A DNA stretch of 64,000 bases from an uncultured Methanomicrobiales archaeon (GTDB taxonomy: Archaea > Halobacteriota > Methanomicrobia > Methanomicrobiales > Methanospirillaceae): NCBI GenBank assembly GCA_963697895.1, contig OY969100.1:1216001-1280000 (forward strand). The letters run 5' to 3'. Made by a program: the position numbers and the translations under genes. The notes under the pieces were generated by a model, which was not told the origin of the DNA, did no database searches, and was given only the letters and a program-made list of their open reading frames with translations. Of the stretch, positions 8,906 through 20,588 are shown piece by piece. Positions within the stretch are counted from its first letter, which is position 1. Each line of letters starts with the position of its first letter.

Positions 8906-10657
8906 TTACCGCTTGAACATCCGATCGATCCGGTCCCGGGTGAACGATATGATCGTCGGTCTCCCGTGCGGGCAGCTGTACGGGTTTTCGGTCCGGGCCA
9001 GCTGAGCAAGGATCCGTTCGCACTGTTCCCGCGTGCAGGCGGTACCGGCCCGGATGGCGCCATGGCAGGCAACTATCCGGCAGATCCGTTCTTTCCGGTC
9101 CGGGACACCGCGGACATCCTCCGCGAGCAGCTCGCTGATCAGTTCATGGATCACGAGCTCGTCCTCGAGCCGGCCGAGCACGACCGGGACCGCCCGGACG
9201 GCGTACCGGTCCCTGCCGAACTCCTCGATGACGAACCCTTCCTCTTCCAGGAGGGGGTGCATCCCCGGTATCAGGGCCGATTCGGTGGGGGAAAGATGGA
9301 CGATGATGGGAACGAGCAGTTCCTGGGATTCCCCGCCTCCCCGGCTCTTCTCCGAGACCTGTTCATAGAGGATCCGCTCGTGGGCAGCATGCTGATCGAC
9401 GAGGAACAACTCGTCCCCGGCGGTCCGGGCGATGATATAGGACTCCGCAAACTGGCCGATCACCTCCATCTCCGGAAGGAGGGATTCCGCCGGAATACCG
9501 GTGGGAAGCTCCGTCTGCCGCAGCTGCCGGTCTGTTTCCAGGAGGTACGGGTGGCAGGTCTCCCGGACATGCCGGGGGGTCCCGGCATGGACCGGGTATA
9601 CCCCGGTGACCGGACCCCGTTCTCCCTCCACCGGTGCTTCGGTGACCAGGGACTCGCCTTTTAACGCATTCCAGACCGTTTCCGCGATCACGGCACCGAT
9701 CTCACGCTCGTGCCCGAGCCGGACCTGTCGTTTGGTCGGGTGAACGTTCACGTCGACGAGCCGGGTATCGATCTCCAGGTTCAGGAAGACCACCGGGTAC
9801 GTGTCTTTGGCGAGCAGTGTGCCATATCCTTCACGTACCGCTCCGATGAGCGGCACCGAGTGGATATGCCGCCGGTTGATCGCGATATACATCTGGTACG
9901 GGTTCGGGCGCGAAAGGCCGGGGGGGGAGAGGTACCCGGAGAGCTGCACGAGCGGGTGGGAACCGTTCACCGGAATCATCTCCTCTGCGACCCCGGTCCC
10001 GAAGAGACAGGCGATCGCCTCCCGGAGATTGGATGCACTCTGCGTCGATATCTTCTCCCGGCGATTGTACACCATCCGGAATGCGATATCCGGGTGGCTG
10101 ATGGCGATCTCTTCCACCACCCCGGTGATCCGGGTAACCTCCCAGGCGAGGCTCTTCTGGAATTTTTTCCTCGCCGGGGTGTTGAAGAAGAGATCCTCCA
10201 CGATCACGGTGGTTCCTCCGGGAGTGCCGGCATCTGCGGATTCGAGGAGGGCTCCTCCCCGGACCACGATCTTCGTTCCTGCGCCTGACCCGCGGGTCCC
10301 GGTCAGCAGGGTCACCTTCGCCACGGAAGCGATGCTTGCAAGCGCCTCCCCGCGGAACCCGAGAGTATTGCATTCCGAAAGATCCGTGATCCGGGTTATC
10401 TTGCTCGTGGCATGTCGGGTGAATGCGATTGACGCGTCCGACGGGCCCATCCCGCACCCATCGTCGGTGACCCGGATCCGGGTGACGGCACCTTTCGCGG
10501 CGGAGACCTCGACTTCCACCCGGGTCGCCCCGGCATCGATCGCGTTCTCGACCAGCTCCTTGACCACCGATGCCGGCCGCTCCACGACTTCCCCGGCCGC
10601 GATCTGATTGACCGTCTCCTCGTCGAGGAGATGGATCCGGTGCTCGTCTCCGGTCAT
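8906..10657 (-). CDS. mutL: DNA mismatch repair endonuclease MutL
   Basis: NQIAAGEVVERPASVVKELVENAIDAGA, GFRGEAL, DVNVHPTK, DQHAAHERILYE and CPHGRP motifs. Confidence 0.97.
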   Translation of the reverse strand: MTGDEHRIHLLDEETVNQIAAGEVVERPASVVKELVENAIDAGATRVEVEVSAAKGAVTRIRVTDDGCGMGPSDASIAFTRHATSKITRITDLSECNTLGFRGEALASIASVAKVTLLTGTRGSGAGTKIVVRGGALLESADAGTPGGTTVIVEDLFFNTPARKKFQKSLAWEVTRITGVVEEIAISHPDIAFRMVYNRREKISTQSASNLREAIACLFGTGVAEEMIPVNGSHPLVQLSGYLSPPGLSRPNPYQMYIAINRRHIHSVPLIGAVREGYGTLLAKDTYPVVFLNLEIDTRLVDVNVHPTKRQVRLGHEREIGAVIAETVWNALKGESLVTEAPVEGERGPVTGVYPVHAGTPRHVRETCHPYLLETDRQLRQTELPTGIPAESLLPEMEVIGQFAESYIIARTAGDELFLVDQHAAHERILYEQVSEKSRGGGESQELLVPIIVHLSPTESALIPGMHPLLEEEGFVIEEFGRDRYAVRAVPVVLGRLEDELVIHELISELLAEDVRGVPDRKERICRIVACHGAIRAGTACTREQCERILAQLARTENPYSCPHGRPTIISFTRDRIDRMFKR

Positions 10658-10733
10658 TTTTTTCCTTCCTTCCGGGTATGAAACCACAGTTCGTCCGGGT
10701 TTCTGCACCCTTCCCCGGTACGTTCGTTCCCGT

Positions 10734-13380
10734 TCATTTCACGCCCATGTCCATGGCCCGCCGCTGGAGTTCGTAGAGTTTCAGGAGGGCGTCCAGGGGC
10801 GACATGCCGTCGAGCGGGAGCCCTTTGAGATCCCGGAGGACCGGGTCTACTTCCGCCTCTCCCGGCGCATCGATCAGGAGCATCTGTGTGTACCGCGGTG
10901 CCTTCCCGCCGGCATACCGGTCCGGTTCCTCCTTTAACAGAGTATATGCCCGTTCTATCACTTTTGCCGGGACACCCGCCCGTTGCGCCACATGGATGCC
11001 ATAGCTCTTGTCGGTGGCCCCGGGGATGATCTTCCGGAGAAAGACGACGTCATCTCCCGTATCCTTCACGGCGAAATGGTAGTTCCTGACCCGTCTCAGC
11101 TCGGCTTCCATCGAGACCAGGTCATGGAAATGGGTCGCGAAGAGGGTTCGCGGCCCCGATGCGCCCTTCCCGTGCAGATATTCGAGAACGGAGCGGGCGA
11201 TGCAGTACCCGTCGAGCGTGCTCGTCCCCCGCCCGATCTCGTCGAGGATGACGAGGCTTTTCGGGGTCGTGTTGTTGAGAATATTTGCGAGCTCAACCAT
11301 CTCGACCATGAACGTGCTCTGCCCGCTCGCCAGGTCATCGAACGCACCCACCCGGGTGAAGATCCGGTCGACGAGCCCGACCCGGGCATATGCGGCCGGG
11401 ACAAAACTTCCCATCTGGGCCAGGATCACGAGGAGCGCCGCCGATCGCATGTAGGTGGACTTCCCTGCCATGTTTGCGCCGGTGATGATCAGGATCTGAT
11501 CCCCGGAACCGTCGAGGGAGAGGTCATTGGGAACATACCCGCTTTCCAGACCCTGTTCCACCACGGGATGCCTTCCTTCACGGATCAGCAGTCCCGTTTT
11601 TTCATCGATGACCGGCCGGACATACCGGAACTCCTTCGCAAGATCTGCAAGCGATGCCGCGACATCGAGCACGGCGATCCCGCGGGAGATCTCCTGCAGC
11701 ACCGGGATGGAACCCTGGAGCTTCCGGAGGATCCCGGCATAGAGATCCCCCTCCCGGGCACTGAGGCGGTCTTCTGCGGTTGCAATCCGGGATTCCATCT
11801 CTTTGAGCTCCGGGACGATATACCGCTCGCCCGAGACCGTCGTCTGCCTCCGTTCATAATGCGGCGGGACCAGCGCGAGGTTGGCCTTTGTGACCTCGAT
11901 GTAATACCCGAATACCGAGTTGTACCCGACCTTCAGGGACTTAATCCCGGTCTTTTCCCGCTCTTTCTGCTGGAGATCCGCCATCCACTGCCGCCCGGAG
12001 GTGGTCAGGCCGCGGAGAGAATCCAGTTCTGGATCGAAACCATCCCGGATCACCCCGCCGGACCGGATCACCGCCGGCGGATCATCGTTGATTCCCCATT
12101 CGATCAGCCCCACCAGGTCCGGCTGCTCCCGGATATCCCCGAGCGTTTTCCCGATAAGGTCGGGAAGAACCGTTCCGGCAGGGAATGCGGCCTTGATCAG
12201 GGGAACGGTCAGGAGCGTTTCTTTCAGTCCGATCAGGTCCCGTGGCCCCGCATTCCCGTACGCGATCCGTCCGGCGATCCGCTCCAGGTCGCCGCACCGG
12301 GCGAGGAGTTCCCGGACCTTCTCCCGGAGGAGCATATCCCCGGCAAAGTATTCGACCCCGTCGAGCCGGCGTTCGATCTCTCCCCGATCGGTCAGCGGTG
12401 CGGAGAGCTCCATCCGGAGGAGGCGTCCACCCATCGGGGTCTTCGTCCGGTCAATCGTCTTCTGGAGGGTCCCGTGCCCGGGATCACCCCGGACGTTCTG
12501 GAAGATCTCGAGGTTCCGGAGGGTGATCGCATCGAGGACCAGGGAGCCGCCCGGGTTCCGTATCGTAAGGCCGGTGATATGGGTGAGAGGCGCCATCTGC
12601 GTCTCATGCGCATACCGGAGCGCCGCCCCTGCGGCCCGGATGGCGGCGGGGTTCTCTGCAGCGCCGAACCCATCGAGGGAATCGACCCGGAACTGTTCAC
12701 GAAGCGCTTCCCGTGAGGATCGGTCCGAGAAGGCATCTTCGCAATACGGTGTTACGACGACCCCGCGATCGGCCAGTAACGATCCCAGCCGGCCGGACCC
12801 GGACGAGGGGATCACTGCTTCGCTCGGGCGGTATTTCGCCACCTCGGAGAGGAGCTCCCGCATCGCCCGAACAGACCCGGGCGAAGAACTCCCCGGTGGA
12901 GACATCGAGGAAGGCGGCACCGAACCGATCCTCGCGGCCGTCCGGCGCGATCGCCATGAGAAACGAGGCCCCGGAGGAGCGGAGCATCCCGGAATCGATG
13001 ACCGTCCCGGGGGTGATAACCCGCACGACGTCCCGTTTCACGACCCCTTTTGCGAGTTTCGGGTCCTCGAGCTGATCGGCGATCGCCACCCGGTACCCCT
13101 TCCCGACCATGCGTGCGATATATCCCTCCACGGCATGGCAGGGGACACCGGCAAGCGGCATCCGGTTCCCCTCCCGGTCCTTCGACCGGGAGGTAAGTAC
13201 GATATCGAGTTCCCGGGAGACGACTTCGGCATCGCTTCCGAAGGTCTCATAAAAGTCTCCCATATGAAAAAATACGATCGTATCGGGATATTTTTCCTTG
13301 ATCGTATAATACTGCTCCATCGCAGGGGTCAGCCTTACCCGCCCCGGACTCCCCTCGTCCTGCTTCGGCTGTACCATCAT
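10734..13380 (-). CDS. mutS: DNA mismatch repair protein MutS, split by a 1-nt frameshift at ~12858 (probable sequencing error)
   Basis: N-part 12697..13380: TPAMEQY, GDFYETF, PLAGVP, VVRVITPGT. C-part 10734..12920: GANMAGKST, DRIFTRVGA, STFMVEM, DEIGRGT, SYGIHVA. Confidence 0.95.
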
Positions 13381-13605
13381 TCACCCATCGCTTTCGCACG
13401 GGAAATGCATACCGATCCGGTACTGATAGCGCAATGGAATGGTTGCGACACGGGGATTGAACGGGAATTCAGGCATGGTTAGTTGGGAGATTCAGCCGGG
13501 AACCGGTTCCCGGCCCGGTGATCCCTTTATGTGGATTACTGCTTATCTAACCCCTGCGAACGGTGCGAAAATGAACGGCACCGGTCATCGGGGAGCGAGA
13601 ATACG

Positions 13606-15778
13606 ATGGACGACGGAAACAAAGGCACCGCAATTCAGGAAAAAAAACAGTTCAACCGTCTGATCCGGGAGAAGAGCCCCTATCTCCTCCAGCATGCAGG
13701 CAATCCTGTGGACTGGTACCCCTGGGGAGACGAGGCGTTTGCCGCGGCGAAATCCCGGGATAATCCGATCTTCCTCTCGATCGGGTATTTCACCTGCCAC
13801 TGGTGCCACGTGATGGAGCGTGAATCCTTCGAGGACCCGGAGATCGCAGCGCTCCTGAACGAGACCTTCGTCTGCATCAAGGTGGACCGGGAGGAACGCC
13901 CGGATATCGATCAGCTGTACATGACCGCAGCCCAGCTGATGACCGGTTCCGGCGGCTGGCCGCTGACGATCCTGATGACCCCCGAAAAGCAGCCGTTCTT
14001 TGCCGGGACTTATATCCCTCCGGAGAGCCGGTATGGCAGGATCGGTCTCCGGGATCTCATCGCCCGCATCAGGGAACTCTGGGAGAAGAAGCGCGGAGTG
14101 CTTCTGGTGGAGAGCAGCGGAATCATCGATGCGATCTCACGGGGATCCCGGAATACGCCGGGGAAGGAACCCGACCTTTTCACGCTGGAGAATGCGTTTG
14201 AGGCGCTTCTTCTCCGGTTCGATCCGGAGTATGGCGGGTTCGGTCATGCCCCCAAGTTCCCGACCCCGCATACGCTCCTCTTCCTGCTCCGGGTACTGGT
14301 CCCGGAATGAAAATACACACGCACGAACGATGGTCACGGTGACCCTCGACCGGATGGCGACCGGTGGGATCTATGATCATCTCGGGGGAGGTTTTCACCG
14401 GTACGCAACCGATCCACGGTGGATCGTACCCCATTTCGAGAAGATGCTCTATGACCAGGCGCTCCACGTGATGGCGTACACGGATGCATACCTTGCGTTC
14501 GGCACCCCCCGGTACCGGCAGGTGGCCGAAGATACGATCCGGTTCGTCCTCCGGGAAATGTCATCCCCGGAAGGAGGATTCTATGCCGCCGAGGATGCGG
14601 ACAGCGAGGGCGAGGAAGGAAAATTCTACATCTGGACTCGGGAGGAACTGGAAACCCTCCTGGACCCGGAGGAGAAAGAAGTCTTCTTCTCCCTGTTTCA
14701 CATCAGCAAAACGGGAAATTTCATCGATCCCGTCACCGGTGAGCGGGGAGGCAAAAATATCCTCCACCAGGTCATCACCCCGGAGGAATGGGCGGAGCGG
14801 GTGCACCGGGATCCGGGGGAGGTGGCAGAAATCCTCGAAAGTGCACGGAAGAAACTCTTTTCCGCCCGCGACGCCCGTATTCATCCCGGAAAGGACGATA
14901 AGGTCCTGGCCGACTGGAACGGCCTCATGATAGCGGCGCTTGCCCGGGCTGCACGGGCATACGATCATCCCCCTTACGCGGAAGCGGCGGGAATTGCGGC
15001 ACAATTCCTCCTCGACCGGATGCGAACCCCGGACGGAGGCCTCCTGCACCGTTTCCGGGACGGAGAAGCCGCGATCCCCGGAAGAGGAGTGGATTATGCA
15101 TTTCTTATTTACGGCCTGATCGCACTGTACGAGGCAACATTCACCCTCTCCTTTCTTAAGAGTGCGATCTCCCTCGATCAGTACTTTGTCGATCACTTCT
15201 GGGACGAAGACGGGAAGGGGTTCTTCAGCGCCCCGGCAGAGGAGACCGACCTGCCGGTGCGGCAGAAAGAATATTACGACGGTGCGCTGCCCGCCTGCAA
15301 TTCGGTCGCCTTCTCGAATGAGATCCTCCTCGGGCGGATCACCGGCGATCCGGTGTATGAACGGCGGGCGGCCGGGATATCCCGGAATTATGCCGCATTC
15401 GCCCGGGATAACCCGGCGTCCCACACCTTCTTTCTCACCGGTCTCGACCACGCACTCGGGCCTTCCTTCGAGATCGTGCTCGTCGGTGAACCGCAGGAGC
15501 CCGGCATCGCCGCCATGGAGCGGCTGATCGGGACGACCTTCCTCCCGCGGGCGGTGGTGATGAACCGGCCCGACCGGGATCCCACCCCGGAGATCACGAA
15601 GATCGCCCCGTATACGGAACCGCTGACCCGGCTCGGGGATCTTCCCACTGCATACGCGTGCACCGGCCGGAGCTGCCGGCGGCCGACAGATGAACCGGCA
15701 GTGCTTCGTGCGATCCTCGCCGGGGAAGATCCGGATCCGGCCCCGGAGAACCTGGCAGAACTCCGGAAGAAAGGATAA
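13606..15778 (+). CDS. Thioredoxin domain-containing protein YyaL/SSP411 family, frameshifted at ~14292
   Basis: [34 protein letters not shown]; second frame [36 protein letters not shown]. Confidence 0.9.
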
Positions 15779-15800
15779 AAATCAGGAAAGGGTCAGGGTT

Positions 15801-16277
15801 TTACAGGTTTTTTAATGCAACCAGGTCCTTGACCCCGACAAGCTTCCAGACAAAGGATCGCTCTTCATAGGCAATCGCCTCGGGCGGGTCGTGCGGGGTA
15901 TGCCCGAGTGCCGCAAGGATATTTGACGAGAGTTTCTTCTTTTTGATAAGGTCGACGAACTCCTCCCGGATCAGTTTCTTCTCGATCGAATCGGTCACTT
16001 CTTCCAGGTATCCCTGGAGCGTGACAAAGGTATACGAGGAGAGATCCTTCGTGTACTTCTCCACTTCAACGGAAACATACGGGCTTTTACGGAAATACTC
16101 GATCTTTTTGCCGTATTTGGTGGAGAGGAAGTAGAGGAACTGGCCGTCAAAAACGTAGAGGAACGGGGCGATATAGGGGTATTTCTCACCCTGGAAGGCA
16201 ATACGGCAGATGTATCCTTCCGCGATCAGGCGATCATAATCTTCCTTGTCCATCCGGGGAATTTTGACAATCTCCAT
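15801..16277 (-). CDS. Pyridoxamine 5'-phosphate oxidase / NimA-like flavin-binding protein
   Basis: ICRIAF...PYIAPFLY...YGKKIEYFRKSPYVSVEV. Confidence 0.8.
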   Translation of the reverse strand: MEIVKIPRMDKEDYDRLIAEGYICRIAFQGEKYPYIAPFLYVFDGQFLYFLSTKYGKKIEYFRKSPYVSVEVEKYTKDLSSYTFVTLQGYLEEVTDSIEKKLIREEFVDLIKKKKLSSNILAALGHTPHDPPEAIAYEERSFVWKLVGVKDLVALKNL

Positions 16278-16442
16278 CGGCTCACCTCATCTGCATTTCC
16301 GGCTGACCGAGATAAATATTGTTAAATATCACTCGCGGTGGAAAAAGAGAGAAAATGTGATCCTTCATCCGGTTTCCTGCAGATCCCCCGAAAAGGCCAA
16401 TTCAATGCGGCAATTTTCGTCCAATCCGGAGATGTTCTTTCT

Positions 16443-17813
16443 TCACCGGACCGGTTCCGCCGGATAGCCCGCCCGGATCCATCCCGTCATCCCGCCGAGG
16501 AGATTCACGACCCGCGTGTACCCGTTCCGGGTGAGAACGCTCACCGCGAGGCTCCCTTTATATCCCGAATCACAGTACACGATCACTTCCCGGTCCCGGG
16601 GGACCTCAGCGATCCGGCCCGGCAGCTCCCCGACGAAGATATGGTGGGATCCCGCGATCTCGCCCACACTATTCCGGTTATGGATATCCCTGACATCGAG
16701 GAGGAAGAGGGAAGAGTCCGCGACCCGGTCATGGAGTTCCTGTACCGACCAGGCATCGGAGCGTGTATGCGGTTTTCCTGTCTTGAACCACGAAGGAAAC
16801 CCGCCGGCAAGATACCCGGTGATGTTGTCGTACCCGAGCCGGATCACGTCGCGGACCACATCGTCGAGGGCGAGGGTTAAATCGGTGATAAGAATGATCG
16901 GTGTTTCATACGCGAGAAACCACCCCATATAGGCTCCGAGCCCTTCCCGCCAGATAGAGAGAGAGCCGGGGATATGGCCACCGGCATACGAGGTAGGCGA
17001 GCGGATATCGAGGATCTGGGCGCCACCGTGGCGGAGCCGGTCCACTTCCGCCGGGCTGAACGGGGTGATATCCGGGAGCCGGTGGAGTATGGGCGGGCCC
17101 GTGAGGTTCAGCATTTCCATCTTCGCAAAATACGGCGGGATATAGTACTGCTCCTTCGATACCCGTGCGATGAATGAACCCCGATCCATGCGGAGCAGTG
17201 GATTTGCCGTTTTTTCATACCCTATCGTGGTAAATTCACGCCCGGCGATGAGGGATCCGCAGACCGACCCGGAACCGTGGGCCGGGCAGACGATCGCCCC
17301 GTCTCCGCTGGGCAGTATCTTCTCCATGATGCTGTCGTGGATCAGCGCCGCCGACTCCTCCCGGGGAATCCCCATCAGGTCGGTCCTGCCGACATCCCCG
17401 GCAAACAGTGCGTCTCCCGTGAATACCATCAGCACCCGTTCCCCGCCCTCGGCATCCCGGAGCGCAAACGATATGCTCTCGGCCGTATGGCCCGGCGTCT
17501 CGAGGACCTCGAGATCGAGTTTCCCGAAGGAAAAGTGATCCCCATCACGTGCGGCGTGCCCATACCCGAACAGTGTCTTTTCGCCATGGTAAATAGCGGC
17601 GCCGCACCGGTACGCGAGTTCCAGGGAACCGGTACAGAAATCTTCATTCCGGTGGGTTTCAAAGATATGCGTGATCTGCATATCGTGATCCCGTGCGAAA
17701 TCCATGTACCGATCGCAGTCCCGTCTCGGGTCGATTACGGCAGCCACACCGTCCGAGCCGATGAGATAGGAGTTGTGCGCAATCCCGGGAGAAGTAATTC
17801 TTTCCACAACCAT
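16443..17813 (-). CDS. MBL-fold hydrolase with two rhodanese domains (persulfide dioxygenase-like)
   Basis: ETHRNED, TPGHT, FTGDALFAGDVGRTDL, PAHGSGS; rhodanese motifs GHIPGS and YCDSG. Confidence 0.9.
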   Translation of the reverse strand: MVVERITSPGIAHNSYLIGSDGVAAVIDPRRDCDRYMDFARDHDMQITHIFETHRNEDFCTGSLELAYRCGAAIYHGEKTLFGYGHAARDGDHFSFGKLDLEVLETPGHTAESISFALRDAEGGERVLMVFTGDALFAGDVGRTDLMGIPREESAALIHDSIMEKILPSGDGAIVCPAHGSGSVCGSLIAGREFTTIGYEKTANPLLRMDRGSFIARVSKEQYYIPPYFAKMEMLNLTGPPILHRLPDITPFSPAEVDRLRHGGAQILDIRSPTSYAGGHIPGSLSIWREGLGAYMGWFLAYETPIILITDLTLALDDVVRDVIRLGYDNITGYLAGGFPSWFKTGKPHTRSDAWSVQELHDRVADSSLFLLDVRDIHNRNSVGEIAGSHHIFVGELPGRIAEVPRDREVIVYCDSGYKGSLAVSVLTRNGYTRVVNLLGGMTGWIRAGYPAEPVR

Positions 17814-18016
17814 GACGAACACCGAATGGGAGTTCATATCCGACCGGACATTTAAGGGTTCCGGTAATTTCCGCCCGGATTCCCTTTCCCTGCCCTGGCG
17901 ATGATGAGTCAGGCGGGTTAGCCGAATCAGGCCTGGAACCGGGTCTCCAGGGCAGTGACCGGATCAGCCATGCTCCGCCCATAAATTCTTATTGATCTAC
18001 GTACAATTGGCACGTG

Positions 18017-18583
18017 ATGACCCAGATACAAAAACGAACGTTATTGACATGCCTTCTCCTGTTTTTCCTCGCGGGAGCCGTCTCTTTCTCCGGGTGCAGT
18101 ACCATCACCAATCCAATCCAGCCCGTTGCAGGAAATGGGACGATCCGCCTTTTCAATGCGGAGGAGGGCCTCTATGGAATCTTCTCAACCGACGGTGCAA
18201 AATATATTCCTCTGACCCTTCCTCCCGAATTTCAGGTTGAAGGGATGAATGTATCGTACACCGTGGTCGTGAACACGAGCGTTACTGCAACCCCGGGTGT
18301 GGGAACCCCGGTAGATGTGATCGAGCTCGTCCAGCTCTCGCCTCCCGGAGACCTGGTCTATGCCCTGGGGACGGTGCAGTACGTGAACCTTGAGGGGGGG
18401 TTCTACGGGATCGTCGTCGATAAAGGGAGTTATGGAACCGTCGACTTCTTCCCGCTCAACCTGGACGAACAGTACCAGGTCAACAATACGATGATCCGGT
18501 TTACCGGTATACCGCAGAAGGACCTCGTTACAACCGTGCAGTGGGGCATCCCCATCCGGATAACCAGCGTCCAGCGGGTGTAA
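18017..18583 (+). CDS. Hypothetical lipoprotein with an internally duplicated domain
   Basis: Lipobox SFSGC; two copies of GT....(L/A)E(E/G)G(L/F)YGI...PL.L...(F/Y)QV. Confidence 0.7.
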   Translation: MTQIQKRTLLTCLLLFFLAGAVSFSGCSTITNPIQPVAGNGTIRLFNAEEGLYGIFSTDGAKYIPLTLPPEFQVEGMNVSYTVVVNTSVTATPGVGTPVDVIELVQLSPPGDLVYALGTVQYVNLEGGFYGIVVDKGSYGTVDFFPLNLDEQYQVNNTMIRFTGIPQKDLVTTVQWGIPIRITSVQRV

Positions 18584-18702
18584 CCATACCGGTGGTTTTG
18601 ACGGGGAAGGACGGGGATCTTCCCCCTCCATAGAGTAGGGGGAGTTCTGTCCCGTCTGGAGGATTCACTTCAGGGGAGAGATATTCCAGAGGATCTGAAA
18701 TC

Positions 18703-19383
18703 ATGTGCGGCCGGTTCACGATTGCAGTCACCATCGGGCTGTACGAACGGTTCTGTGTAACGAACCGGAGATACGATATTCTCCCCCGGTGGAATGTCGC
18801 ACCCGCAGAAGAGGTTCCGGTCGTTATCGCCCGGGACGGAGAGGAAACCCGGGAACTCATGATGATGCAATGGGGGCTTGTCCCGGCCTGGGCCCGCCTC
18901 CCTGCCTTCCATCCCCTGATCAACGCACGGGCCGAATCCCTTGCTGAAAAGCCGGTATTCCGGAACCTGCTCCGGACCCGCCGGTGCCTTGTCCCGGCGA
19001 CCGGGTTTTTCGAATGGCAGCATGAGGGAAAGAAGCGGGTACCCTGGTACATCCGGAAGAGGGATCGATCGCTCTTTGCGTTTGCCGGATTGTATGACAT
19101 CCGGGATGAGGAAAATGCACCGGCCTCATTCACTATCATCACGACCGCACCGAATGCACTCGTGAAGCCCCTCCACAACCGCATGCCGGTGATAATATCC
19201 GCGGACCGGGAAAATGACTGGCTCGCCGGAGTTGCTCTCGATCCAGCCGGTGTACAGGAGTATTTCCTGCCGTATCCCGAAGAAGAACTGGAGGCGTACC
19301 GGGTATCTTCCCGGGTGAACGCCACCGGGGCTGAAGGACCTGACCTGATCCAGCCGTTTTCAGGCGGGCTGCCGCTGACCTGA
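18703..19383 (+). CDS. SOS response-associated peptidase (SRAP/HMCES/YedK)
   Basis: MCGRF N-terminus, WNVAP, INARAES, GFFEW and HNRMPVI motifs. Confidence 0.93.
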   Translation: MCGRFTIAVTIGLYERFCVTNRRYDILPRWNVAPAEEVPVVIARDGEETRELMMMQWGLVPAWARLPAFHPLINARAESLAEKPVFRNLLRTRRCLVPATGFFEWQHEGKKRVPWYIRKRDRSLFAFAGLYDIRDEENAPASFTIITTAPNALVKPLHNRMPVIISADRENDWLAGVALDPAGVQEYFLPYPEEELEAYRVSSRVNATGAEGPDLIQPFSGGLPLT

Positions 19384-19419
19384 CACCCTCATATAGGAGT
19401 GTGGCGATAGGTTAGGTTC

Positions 19420-19890
19420 ATGAGCGATCCCGCTGATGTCCCTGAAAAACCCCGGGAACGGAGATGCCCGTTCTGCAATCCCGAGGAGAAGTGGGTCGTG
19501 CTCCGGAACGAACTTGCGTATGCACGGCGGGATATCCGGCCGGTGAGCCAGGGGCATATGCTCATCATACCCTTCCGGCATGTACCCCGGTTCTTCGATA
19601 CGACCCCGGAAGAACGGGCTGCGATCATGGATCTGACCTTCCTCCTCAGGGATTATCTCGAAGAGCACTATCATCCTGCCGGGTACAATTTCGGCGTCAA
19701 TATCGGGGAAGCCGCGGGGCAGGTGATCATGCATCTGCATTTCCATCTCATCCCCCGGTACCGGGGCGATGCCAGAGGAGGACGAAGCGGGCTCCGGCAC
19801 GTGATCCCGGAGCCATGCGTATGGCAGCGGAAACTCGGGGATTTTTACCCGGAGCAGGCACCGCGAAGAAGACCCGCAAAAAATGAGTAG
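19420..19890 (+). CDS. HIT family hydrolase
   Basis: CPFC, PVSQGHMLIIP, AAGQVIMHLHFHLIPRY (HxHxH). Confidence 0.92.
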   Translation: MSDPADVPEKPRERRCPFCNPEEKWVVLRNELAYARRDIRPVSQGHMLIIPFRHVPRFFDTTPEERAAIMDLTFLLRDYLEEHYHPAGYNFGVNIGEAAGQVIMHLHFHLIPRYRGDARGGRSGLRHVIPEPCVWQRKLGDFYPEQAPRRRPAKNE

Positions 19891-19900
19891 AAAAGGGAGA

Positions 19901-20395
19901 TCATTTCTTTCCAGCAGACAAAGACTGCAACCGCTCCTTCACAGCCGCCACGTGCCCGACAACATTCACTTTTCGCCAGACTGCTTCGATCCGTCCGTCC
20001 GGCCCGATGAGGAAGGTGCTCCGCACCACCCCGGAGACCTCCTTCCCGAAGATCTTCTTCGGTTGCCAGACCCCGTACTTCTCCAGCACCGTATGACCGG
20101 TATCGCTCAGAATGCGGAACCGAAAGCCGTATTTTTGTGCAAATTTCTGGTGGCTTTCGATCGTGTCCGCACTGATGCCGATGATCGTCGCACCGAGCGT
20201 TGCGAATTCATCGAACTCGGAGGTGAATCCCTTCGCCTCGAGGGTGCATCCGGGGGTATTATCCCGCGGGTAGAAGTAGAGGACCACCCACTGGCCACGG
20301 AAAGACGCCAGGCATACATCTTCCCCGGATGCGTCGGGGAGACAAAAGTCGGGCGCCTGCTCTCCGGCCAGCGGGTCCGGCTGTTCGGTTGTCAT
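19901..20395 (-). CDS. bcp: Peroxiredoxin, Bcp/PrxQ type
   Basis: VVLYFYPRDNTPGCTLEA and RSTFLIGPDG motifs. Confidence 0.92.
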   Translation of the reverse strand: MTTEQPDPLAGEQAPDFCLPDASGEDVCLASFRGQWVVLYFYPRDNTPGCTLEAKGFTSEFDEFATLGATIIGISADTIESHQKFAQKYGFRFRILSDTGHTVLEKYGVWQPKKIFGKEVSGVVRSTFLIGPDGRIEAVWRKVNVVGHVAAVKERLQSLSAGKK

Positions 20396-20588
20396 GAGAG
20401 CAGATACACGTTCCGGGGAAAAGAAGATGCGGGTATTCATGCGGGACTTATCCCATCAGGGAAACGAAAAACGCTCCAAACCATGCGCACCAGGTAAAAG
20501 AGGCGCTTCGAAGGCTACGGAGATCGGCCATCCGGCATCCCCTGAATTGGCAGGGACCTTCTTCCTTCCCCCGTTTGCGGGAGATTTA

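Noticed and set aside
10734-13380. mutS as a true pseudogene (mutator) or programmed frameshift
   Set aside because: Single indel in a short G-run, no slippery heptamer, both halves intact, and many similar indels across the window point to consensus error.
10983-13482. Long plus-strand ORFs (577 and 520 aa) over mutS, and similar long antisense ORFs elsewhere (e.g. 5305..6207, 50459..52312)
   Set aside because: GC-rich shadow frames opposite well-supported genes, with no recognisable motifs.
17890-17955. Hammerhead ribozyme or fluoride riboswitch
   Set aside because: Core residues do not match (ATGATGA instead of CTGATGA, GAAT instead of GAAA; no fluoride pseudoknot pattern).
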